The translations under genes and the position numbers were made by a program. This document shows, one piece after another, positions 13,131 through 27,412 of a stretch of DNA of 64,000 nucleotides (its first letter is position 1; each line of letters begins with the position of its first letter). The notes under the pieces were generated by a model. The model ran no database searches and was not told the DNA's origin. It worked only from the letters and a program-made list of their open reading frames with translations. Source of the stretch: the human T2T-CHM13v2.0 reference genome, Homo sapiens; assembly GCF_009914755.1 (NCBI RefSeq), contig NC_060945.1, one strand, 5' to 3'.

Positions 13131-13749
13131 ATTTATTTGGCAATAAAAGTCATGCAGATTATTGGCTCAGAAAGGTGTCCCTAGATTCTTCAATTACCCT
13201 GGACCCAGGAATACCCAGCACCTCACTCCTCAGGCCCTGACTCTCCACTCCCTCCAGCTACCATGTTGTAGGTGCAGGGACCCTGAAGGCCACCCTGGCT
13301 TTCACAACCAGCTCCTAGCAGGGGGAGGAGAAGCCTTCTCCTGTCTCTGAAAAGAGAAGCTATTTGTTGAGACACAGTGACATTCTCAGTATATTTTCCC
13401 ACAAAGTCAGTGTTCCATTGGTCTTACATCTTCTGGCCCTGTTGGTATTACAGGACATGGCTCAGCTGGGCTTTAGTTAGCTGTCCTGGGATCCTGCCCT
13501 TCTTTCTTTGAGAAAGAATATTCTAATGCCCAAAACTAACTTCTAAATGTGCCTTTTCATAAGGTGGGGATTCCCTCTATTACTACTATTGGGGAAAGAT
13601 TTTTTGTATAATAAAGAAATAAACACAGACATGTCCAACTTGACATATCAAGCCAGAGGAGGTGTATTAAAGGTTGAGGAGCTCATATAGGAAAACTATT
13701 ATTCATCATTTATTCATCATTAAATATAAATTGTCATCAAAAATGTTTT

Positions 13750-15020
13750 AATATTTTTTATTGTGTATTTTTAAGGTGTACAACAGGATGTTGATATATA
13801 CATATGTAGTGAAATGATTACCACAGGTAGGCAAATTAACGTATCACCTTTCATAGTATATTTATTCATTTTTGTCTTCAGAGCATCTAAAATATATTCT
13901 CTTAGCAATTGTCCAGTATATGATACAATAATTGCCTACAGTCCTCCTGCCGCACATTAGCTCTCTCTCCAGACGTATTCACCCTGCATTAACTACACGT
14001 TTGTACCATTTGATTCACATCTCCCCATTTCCACCGTTCTACTGTTTTTATATATTCAACTTTTTCTTAGATTCGTCATATAAGTGAGGTCGTATGGTAT
14101 TTGTCTTTCTGTACCCAGCTTTTTTCACTGAGCACAATGTCTCCTGGTTCCTTGATGCAGTCACATATGGCAAGATTGCCTTTTTTTATTATTTTAATTT
14201 TTGTGGTTACACAGTAGGTGTATATATTTTATATATTTATGGAGTACATGAGATATTTTGATACAGGCATGCAATGCACAATTAACACATCATGGAAAAT
14301 GGGGTATCCATCCCCTCAAGTATTTATCTTTTGTGTTACAAACAATCCAAGGTTATACTTTCAGTTATTTTTAAATGTACAACTAAATTATTACTGACTA
14401 TAGTCACCCTGTTCTGCTATCAAATACTAGGTCTTATTCACTCTTTCTATTTTCTTTGTACTCGTTAACCATCTCCACATCCCCCTAAAGATTGCCTTAT
14501 TTTTAAAGGCTGAATAATATTCTTCATTCATTCATCCATCAATGGACACTTAGGCTGTTTCCATATTTTGGCTATTGTGAATTACGATGCAATGAACATG
14601 GGAGTGAAGATATCTCTATGAGCTCTTGATTTCATCTCTTTGAGTATATACCCAGGAGAGGAATTGCTGGATCATATGGTAGTTCTATTTTTAATTTTTT
14701 GAGTAATTCCATATTGTTTTCCATAATAGCTGTGCGAATTTACATTTCCACCAAGAGTGTATGAGGGTTCCCTTTTTTCCACGTCCTCATCAACACTTGT
14801 TACCAAGTGTCTTTTTGATAATATCCATCCTGATAGGTGTGAGGTGATATCTCTTCATGATTTTTTGCACTTCCCTGGTGTTGAGCACTTTTTCATCTAT
14901 GTGTTAGCCATTTTTATGTCTTCTTTGAAAAATTTCTAGTCAGGCCCTTTGACCATTTTAAAATCAGATTTTTTTTCTTTGTTATTGAGTTGTATGAGTT
15001 CCTTATATATATTGGAAATA
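13750..15020 (-). mobile_element. Old L1 (L1MA9/L1MB-like) 3' region, interrupted by a younger L1MA
   Basis: Antisense L1 hallmarks CATCAATGGACACTTAGGCTGTTTCCATATTTTGGCTATTGTGAA, GCTGGATCATATGGTAGTTCTATTTTTAATTTTTTGAG and GTTGAGCACTTTTTCAT. Confidence 0.9.
14181..14487 (-). mobile_element. L1MA2/3-like 3' end nested in older L1
   Basis: TTTTGATACAGGCATGCAATG...GGGGTATCCATCCCCTCAAG...GTTACAAACAATCCAA. TSD AAGATTGCCTT at 14172-14182 and 14488-14498. Confidence 0.85.
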
Positions 15021-15913
15021 CACACAAAAAATTAAAACAGTTTTTACCCATCCCCCAAAATATTGATAAATATTTTTGACACTATATCACCAGCTATTAA
15101 AAGTAATTATTTAAGATAATGCATCATACTCAAGAATTAAAAATGAAAATTGTATTTAGCAGTTTTTTATAGCTTGGAGAAATATTATTGAGGCTGAATT
15201 CCACTGAAATGAGATAATGTCTTACAAGTGACATACATATAATTATTAATAAATATTAATATAGGACACTTTTTAAAATAAATAGACGTAAGTAAATTTT
15301 CAAAAAGCAATCAAAGTAGAAACACAGAACGTGAACTTTCAGGCACAAATAGTACTTTGACATGGTCTCATTCTTTCTGTTGACATTTGGTTGTACATTA
15401 TTCAAAGATGCTACAGAAAGTTGCTAATAACTGGCTGCCAGAGATCAAAAATCTTGTCTAAAGAGACAAAAAATATTCACACACACAAAAAGGTTTTTAA
15501 AATACTCAGGAACTTTTAAAAGACATCTCATCATCAAACTGTAAGGTCCCCAATGACAAGAAGCACATGTGTTTTATTTTCTAATATACACCACTGGACA
15601 CAGTGACTGGCACATAGATGGCCTCAAGACATTGTTCTAGTTGAAAACATTTGGGCACAAATGATAGGCAACTCTTTAACCTGAGCATCTGAATTTGGAC
15701 ATTTATTTTTAAAAAGCTGACAAAGTATATAATCAATATTTCTGATGAGAACTCAGTCCTGCTTTTATATTTTTCATGTAATCGATTTTTTAACTTTTAA
15801 CATTTAATACCTCAAGGCTCACTGATACCTTATACACCTCAGCATCATCATAATACTAGACCAGTGTAAATGCCAGGAGCCTAAATAATCCACTTTTCAA
15901 TTAACTTATTTAG

Positions 15914-16263
<350 letters not shown>

Positions 16264-17138
16264 AGGCAGAAATATTTATTCATGATTTGCCTGGCCTGTG
16301 CAGAGAGCTCTTCTGAACTCATGCTTTGCTAGGTCCTTCCTACAGGACAAACCAGACTGGGCAATGGAACACTCATCTTTCCTATCTTCCAGCAGTTGTC
16401 AATCTATTATGGCCAGCGTTCAGTGAGACTCCTATGACATGAAACTTACAGCTTTTTTCACCAGGAATTGACTTTGGTCAATTTCAGCAAAGTGTGGGGT
16501 TTAGTAGAAGGAAACTCACAGAATCAGGAGGGGTCTTCAAAAGCACAAGCCCAGTCCTGGGACCCTAGGAGGAGATGCTGGAACTTTCTCTCAGGCATTG
16601 TGGGATGTTGACTCATCTCTGGCTTGCCTTCTATCACAGTGTGATAAAAGTTTCCATACTCTTGAGAGAATGCGGAAACCATTCTTCAACCTATAGGTAC
16701 CATCAACCTATAGGTACATGTACTTATAGGTACTACAGGGTCACATGTCCACTTACCAGTGAGATAGAGCCCAGGAAAAAAAATCTCTCCCACCTAAGAA
16801 CTCACATTGTCCCTAGAAGAATGTGCTAGGAGACTGAGCCCAAGTCATCTGTCATCAGGGTCAAACAGGTGCTGGTTTAGGGTATACCCATGTGCAAAAT
16901 GGACACCGAGACTAGCAATGATGTTATTACTACTGCTAACATTTATCAAGTGCTTATTATGTACCAGTTGCCCTTCTCATCTTAACGGCTATCTATTAAC
17001 TCCTGTTTTTCACTACGACCTGTGAAGTAATTCTTTTTCAAATGGAAACATCTGAAATGCAGATGTTCCAGAAATATCTCACCTGAGAGACTCTCTCTGA
17101 AGAAGACCTTAAATTGGTTGAGCCTAGGAGACAGACAC

Positions 17139-17603
17139 TGTGGTTAGCAGGGTTCTAAGATGGTTCTCTGCTCCTCTCCCGAGATGCAATGCCTCATATA
17201 ATCCCCTGCCCTTGATGTATGGAGGTCTATGACTCCATTTTGCCAGTATAACTACAGAGATCCCTGCTGGCCTTGCAGGAGCTAACTACCATGCTGCAAC
17301 CTACCCATGGAGAGGGCCGTGTGTCCGGGAATGGTGGGGGCCCCTCAGAGCTGAGGGCCTGAGTCCTACAAATGCAACAACCTGAATTCTTCCAACCACC
17401 AGTGGGCTTGGAAGAGGACCCTGGTCTCAGCTGAGATGGGCACTGCAGCCAACACTTTGATTGCCACCTTTGAGACCCTAAGCAGAGAACCAGGTAAGCC
17501 GGGTCTAGGTCCCAGCACCATGACAACTGTGAGATAATAAATATGTATTGTTTTAAGCCACTAAGTTTGGTCAGTTTGTTATACAGTAAGGGAACCTAGT
17601 GTA
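17139..17603 (+). mobile_element. MLT1E-like MaLR solo LTR
   Basis: TGTGGTTAGCAG..TTCTAAGATGG start, GGGCTTGGAAGAGGACCC, and ACTGTGAGATAATAAATATGTATTGTTTTAAGCCACTAAGTTT end. Flanks GACAC/GCCAC. Confidence 0.85.
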
Positions 17604-17608
17604 GCCAC

Positions 17609-18320
<712 letters not shown>

Positions 18321-19194
18321 CCAACAGGGACAGGACTTGCACAGAGCATGAACATCCCTGATTGGATGGACAGTTCCTGTGGGGTGGGTCAGAGGAGGGA
18401 AGAACCTACCAAAACAGGACCACCACACACCCTGCCAAACAAGGGGCTTATTTTGCAGCTAACCAAGCCTATGGGGGCAAATCTGATCCGGCTCCCATTG
18501 TGCCAGGAAACCTGATATCTTCTTTAGCCTTTGTATAGACTTAAGAGCACTGGAGAATGCCTCCGAAAAATGCACAGATGGGCAGTATTGTGTACACTTC
18601 AGGCAGATTTCAGGCCCCTGAAATTTCCCCTTGTGTCCTCTGCTTCCATACCCAGGAACCCCCACTCTGGATCATGCTTTCCCAAGGTGGGGCCATATGG
18701 TACCCAAGGAAATGAGAAGCGGTTTTGGGGGGGGAAATAAAAATATCTTATTATTTTTATGCATGTAGCACAAATAAACATAGGATACATAAACAGATTT
18801 ACAGTATATCTGTGGTGTTATAATTTCATGGGAGACAAGAAAACAATGTCTTAAAAAGCTTAAAACAGGGAGAAGATAATGAAAAAAGGTGGAGAAACAC
18901 TGGTGTAGACAATAATAGTTCATGGTCAAAACAGAGAGAGGCTTTGAGACACTGATAATACTCTACGTCTTGTCCTGGCTGGTGGTTACATCGATGTGTT
19001 TGCCTTCTGAAAATCCACAAGCACATGCTAAAGATCTGTACGCTTTATGTAAGGCACACTTCATCAAGAGGAACGTTTAGCAACAATTGGAAAAGCAGAA
19101 TCCAATGTTCTGACACTTCTAGCTAAAGACGCTGTCACGCTGGAGTGAAACACACAGACGCCAGGCAGATATCGAGGCTCTATCTCAGTTCCTC

Positions 19195-19375
19195 CTTTTC
19201 CTCGTGTGCGACCTTGGCTAAATAACACACTTCCAAGCCTCAGCGTTCTCATCGGGAAAATGGGTTTAATAATACAATCTGCCTCAAAGGGTAGTGGTGA
19301 GATTAAATGAGTTTATACATGTAGAGTACTTAGGACAGTGTGTGAAACAGCACACGCTACAGAAGTTCTGCTAGT
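19195..19375 (+). mobile_element. MIR
   Basis: GTGCGACCTTGGCTAAAT..CAC...AAGCCTCAG..TTCTCATC.GGAAAATGGG..TAATAATA...GTGAGATTAAATGAG. Confidence 0.75.
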
Positions 19376-19388
19376 TCTGCTGTCCTGA

Positions 19389-19718
<330 letters not shown>

Positions 19719-20209
19719 ATCCTGGTTTTATTGAAGCTCTTTCTGCTTTGTCCTTTCTCTATCAACTTTAAGTTTCTGAAGAACGGGAAAAACCACCAGC
19801 GGTTATCTTTCCCCAGCCCACAGTGTGGTGCTCTGCAAAAGCTAGATGCTCACAGTGTTGTGGTTGAAGTTGTGGAATCATTTACTTTCTTGTGGCATTT
19901 TGATACAGTTCAGAATTATTGATCTTGGTTTCTGGGAACAATATGGTTACATATTAGATACTTTCAGACCAAATTCTGTTTTCTCCTTTAAAAATAAGGT
20001 AAAGGGTCACAGCTCCCCAGGCTTGACATAGACGAATGACCAACTGCGAGTCAGGAGCCCACGGCTCTCCTTCCATCTCTGCTGGCCACCGGCTGAGGGA
20101 TCTTTAATAAAAAATTATTTCTCCCACACACACAGGCCTGGGTTTTCTCATCTGGACAATGAGACAGCTGGATCAGACAACCTCTAAGGTTCTTCCTGTG
20201 TGGTTATAT

Positions 20210-20445
20210 AGTTAATAATAATCACAACAATAACAGCAGCAGGAACTTGACCTTTAATGTGTGCCGGACAGGAGTCAGAGTGTATTACTCACCCCTTCAG
20301 TCCCCATGATATATGTGCTCTCATTATCCCCATTTTACAGGTGGAGAAACTGAGGCAGAGTGCCCCCCCCCCCCCCCGCTGGTAAATGACAGAACCAATA
20401 TCTGGCTCCAGAGCCTGTGTTCTTAACCATTACCAGGTACTGCCA
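20210..20445 (-). mobile_element. MIR containing a C15 run
   Basis: CATTATCCCCATTTTACAGGTGGAGAAACTGAGGCAGAG...TCCAGAGCCTGTGTTCTTAACCA. Confidence 0.8.
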
Positions 20446-20836
20446 CCTCCAAGTTCATAAAGACATAAAACATAAATTATTCACATACTTCCCCTAGCAA
20501 GCAGTGTATACAGCCAGCACCCTCAGGCCTCTGTGACACTGTCCCTCAATTCACCTTTCAAGAAGCAACTCTGCATCCACTATTTCCTGAAACTTCTCTC
20601 AGTCAGCACCAACAGCCACACCCCCTACTTTTGCATGCATCCCAATCTGGGGCTCTAGGTGATAGTCACAGTGTTTTGTGTTGGTCCCTGTTATTTTATT
20701 GAATTGTCCCATCTCCCCAAGTAAATGACTACCCTTCTGAGGTCAGAGACTATCTTCATATATTGATATCCTCCTTCAGGAGCACATAGTAGAATTCAAT
20801 AAATATTACAACCAGAGCACCACTTGCATTTACATA

Positions 20837-21070
20837 TACAGTCATCTCTCGGATTCCAAGGGAAATTAGTTCCAGGACACCCTGAGGATACCAAAACCCG
20901 AGGATGCTCAAGTCCTAAAGCTGGCCCCCCTGGAACACAAGGATATGAAAAGCCAGCCTTTTCTATCAGTGGGTTCCACGTCCTGCAAATACAGTATTGT
21001 ACTTTCCACGTGCGGTTGTTTCAATCCATGAATGTGGAATGTAGGGATAAGAAGGGGCACGTGCAGTGCA
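20837..21070 (+). mobile_element. MER2B-like TcMar-Tigger element
   Basis: TA|CAGTCATCTCTCGG...GTTCCAGGACACC...GGATACCAAAACC..AGGATGCTCAAGTCC matches the MER2/Tigger3 left end. Confidence 0.75.
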
Positions 21071-22311
21071 TCCTACTCTGATATAATCTATTGATTTAGC
21101 TGATAGAATGTGGTATGAGGACAAAGAGAAAGCTCGACTCCTGAGTTCATGGTTGTGGGTGGATGGTGGCATGGTGAACCAAGACAGGCCCTAGAGGAGG
21201 AGCGCACTTGGACAGGGAAGACGAGGGTAGGAAGCAGAATGTGTTTATTTCTACAACACAGTGTGAGAACTGAGCACCAGATATGCACCAAGTTGCCACA
21301 GGAACTTCCTGAGGAGCCCTGAACTCTTCACTCCTGGCCTCACAAGAGTGACCCTGGAGGAGCAATGCATCATTGCAACGTCATTTCCATGTTCACCTTT
21401 TTGAATATTAATGACCCTGGCTGCCCTTTGTTCTGCTGGCTGTACCTGTCCCTAGAGGAGGTGGAGGCACAGCAGTTGAACTCAGGGTTTGGGACTGAAA
21501 TTCCATCAGGCCTTTGGATCAATGGAAATCTTCTATGCTATGACAGTGACACAGGCTCATGTCTTCTTTCACTTAATTCCAGAAGCTGGGTGACATGAAG
21601 TCGTGTTCATGAGACAGAATTCCATGTAAGCTCTAACCCCAAACCCTGTGGCTGTGGGGCCAGAAAGCACACGAGCAGAATCGGGGGTCTGTGTTGAATA
21701 GACCACTCACCGCAAGTGGCTGTAGCTACAAGTGCCATGTCCTGATCCCAATGGATTCCCAACCCTGCTGTCTGGGGGAAAAGCTAATTTTAAGATTTAT
21801 ACTAGGAATGCACACAAGAAAAGAGGATTTGATCTTTTTTGGCATATCTGGTTTGCAGCTGTGTGTCTGCACTGGATTGTTAATAATATCAGAAACATAT
21901 CTGAACCACCTAGAGATGTGCCTCTGTTGTCAACACTGTCTGGAAATAGCTGTCAGGCCCACACTAAACAAGGCTCTCAAAGAAGGGAGAGAGGAGAGGT
22001 TAAGTGTCCTAATAGAAGTTATAAAAACCTATCAGTTCAGGAAGAAAGACCAAGCTGCAAAGACAGGGTTGGAAAATGTGCTGTCACTGCTTGAGTAGTG
22101 GCCAAAATACCTGGAAACCTGAGAGAAGCAGGTCAGGGCCAGTGCACAGTCCAAAGTAGTCATGGCAAATATGCATCCAACCCTGCAGCATTTGTTTACC
22201 CGTATCCTGCCTATTGCCTGACTATCATCTACAGCTGGGAGCTCTGTGTGATTAAAGGCCACGTAGTGCAATCCCCGTCTGAGGCTAACACATACCTACA
22301 CTCACACATCA

Positions 22312-22688
22312 ACTGCAGTAGACACAACAAGTGCCCATCCATATTCCTTTGAACCTTCTCTTTTCAGTGCCTCTGGCCCCAGTTCCAAATTCCAGCACCT
22401 GCACCTCTGTCAAAAGGCTTTCTCTGGCCACCAGAGCCTGATCTTCTCATAGATATTGTGGGTTGGAACTGACAGGAAATTAATGCCTCCAGGGCCAAAC
22501 CTTACCCAGTGACTGATGGGAGTTGGTAGGTAAATACACCCTGAGGTGGAAAAAATCTGACATTCATGTTCAACACTGTTTACCAGAGTCCCCTGAGGGA
22601 GTGAGGCTCTAGCTTCCCACAAAAATACTTGCTGAGCTTGAATCCTTGTCTCAAAATCTGTTTCTGGGGAAACCTAAACTTCGATACC
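22312..22688 (+). mobile_element. LTR16-family ERVL solo LTR
   Basis: GGAAATTAATGCCTCC, CCAGTGACTGATGGGAGTTGGT, and 3' end AATCCTTGTCTCAAAATCTGTTTCTGGGGAAACCTAAACT. Confidence 0.7.
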
Positions 22689-23145
22689 TGGATGTATATT
22701 ACACACACATAAACACACACAGTACTCTACTATTCATAGAAAGTTTTAAATTGTACAACACCCTTTACTTATACCATCTTATTTTATATTTACGTCAACT
22801 TTGTTATTGTTTCTATCATTCCATTTTTTAAAATGAGGAAACCATCTCACAGAGGTGAATATAGATCACCAAAAGTCATATAGAAGGCTCAAAGCCACTA
22901 CCTGCTGCTATCAATGCTTTTGGCTTTTCTACTGCATCTATGCTACCCCAGTGGAGGATAAATCAACAAAAGGCCACACTTTCAAAGAGCTCACTTATAG
23001 TCAGAGTGTCTCTTGGTAAAAGCTAAAAGTGCTGGAATGGCAGAGCCATGTAACCCTTGGAGTTACTACTCATCTCCCACAAAGTCTCCCTTATTATCTC
23101 CTGGCACATGCTACAAACAATAGTAGGTGGTGTTCAATAGCTACA

Positions 23146-23520
23146 TGATAGATAGAAAGATGAATGGATGGATTGATGATGAATGGGTGGTTGGATGGAC
23201 AGATGGATGGATGAACAGATGGATGGATACATGGATGAATGGATGATGAATGAGTGAATAGATGGATAGGGATGGATGGATGGATGAATGAATGGATGGA
23301 TTAATGGATGGGGATAAATGAATGTATGAATGATAAATGGGTGGATGGATGAAATAATAAGTGGATAGATGGATGGATGAGTTAATGGATGGGGATAGAC
23401 GAATGGATGTATGATAAATGGGTGGATGGATGAATGAATGGATGCAAGGAGGAATGGATGGATGGATGGATGGATGGATGGATGGATGGATGGATGGATG
23501 GATGATGAATGGATGGATGA
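23146..23520. repeat. (GGAT/GAAT)n simple repeat, ~375 bp
   Basis: Directly visible, with a near-perfect (GGAT)n core around 23455-23503. Confidence 0.97.
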
Positions 23521-24179
23521 CCATATCAGTCCACAATGAATGTCTGAGCCTACTGTAGCCTTAGCCTTAGCAAGAACAAGGCTGAAGTTACAACTTAAAT
23601 GTGATTTGCATGTAACTTTTGCTTATTTTATTGTCTATTTACCAGCACCAAACACATCTGAGATGATGTGTATGAAAATGACATCTACTAATGATGTCAG
23701 AACAGAAAGAGTTTGAGAAAAACAAGTGTCAATTACTCACCAGAGGCGGGGTTTATTCTTATGCTTTAGGAAGAATAAAAACCACCTGGGAAGTTTATAA
23801 GCTTGTTAAAAATACTAATTTCCCTACCATTAATAGAAGAGTCTAATTCAATGGAACTCCCAGGAATCATGTAATATCCTTGGGTAATTCACAGGGATTG
23901 TGATATTCTAAGCTGAGATGAAGGCATCCCCTTCAAATAGGCATTTTCTTCCCTCCTCTAGATTATTGTCAGGATTCATCTTATTGCATCAGCATCACAA
24001 GTACACAAGTTGCTTGAAGAGGGAGTCAGAAGCGGGATGTAAAAGGCATTAACCCCACCCTGGATATGCACTGAAAGCGTTATGGGCAAAATAAAATAAA
24101 CATCCTAGACTGGGAGGAGAAGTTAGGGGCCTAAAAATTGAACTCCACACCCAGCATATACATCTTTTCTAATGCAGGC

Positions 24180-24700
24180 AACAGAAGGCTGTTCTCATCT
24201 TTGCTTGAACACATTCTGTTATGGGAAGTTCTTTACCTCCTGTAACTGTTCATTCATTTTTGAATAGTTTGGTTACAAAGTTCTTAGTGGTTCCATTTCT
24301 GTTCAATGATGCTGTAAGAATTAGGTAAAATCCTCATGTACCATGATACCCAGTGGAATATATAGGGATAACTGGCATGTCAGTTCTAAGATGAGCACCC
24401 TTATTTCTTCAAGTGTCCATGTATAGGGTTTGATGAACTCTTAAGCATCTGGGTTGACATCCTCTCGACCTATCATTGTTTATCAGTGTTTCTCTGAGAA
24501 TGCGGTACTAAATTTATCCTTCCAGCTGTGCTCTGATAAAAGTAGAGAGGGCCCATCACACCCTTTATTATGGACAATCTACCTCCATCATTGCCTTCTA
24601 GAATCACATTAGCTGATCTGGTAGCCACATCCTATTAAGCCAAAACTCAATTAAAACCTCTGGAGTCTTTTGTCACTGGAAACCTCTCTGTGTGTGGCCA
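24180..24700 (-). mobile_element. CR1/L3 LINE fossil, antisense
   Basis: CTTTGCTTGAACACATTC..TTATGGGAAGTTC.TTACCTCC and ATCACATTAGCT...TGGTAGCCACATC resemble the reverse L3 3' region. Confidence 0.55.
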
Positions 24701-25089
24701 TTGATCCAGTTATCAGCACTCTGAATAAAGCCACTCAACCATGTTGTGAATTATCTGACTATTCAGCCTGCATTTTGGCATCTCTCCATGTACTCCACGT
24801 AGAAAGAAATGCATTGCGTCTTCAGCCTTCCTCTGTTCACTAGACCTGGGTAGAGCTATCAAAATCAATTGTCTGACCCCTATTGCTGGAGGCATACCAT
24901 CATATTAGAGAAGAGACACTGGTATGGGATGTGATAATACCCTCGTAAAGACACACCAGGTAACACTTTCTTTCCAGAGAGTAGATGTATAAATAATTGT
25001 TCTCATCATTACAAAAATGACCACTTCCTATGCTGGTTCAGGATAATGAAGAAACACAGGGCTCTCTCAGCATACTCAAGAAACAAAAC

Positions 25090-26900
<1,811 letters not shown>

Positions 26901-27106
26901 TACTTGAGGGAAATAAGAATGTACCACTTGGCTCAGTGTGCATGATGTAAGCTTGTCTTTGTTGTATGTTGGCTCCTGAAGAAATTCCACCCATGTACCC
27001 TGGGTTATGAGGGTGATCCCATGGGGTAGTTTAACTTTGGCTTCTGCAGACCCCCTGGGGTCCACCAGCTCCACGTTTTTTTTTCTTTACATCATCTCTG
27101 CGCTAA

Positions 27107-27412
<306 letters not shown>

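Noticed and set aside
16686-16733. CRISPR-like repeat array
   Set aside because: Primate DNA, with only two to three short units, no spacers and no cas genes.
23141-23536. 131-aa IHPS-repeat ORF
   Set aside because: It is a translation of (CCAT)n.
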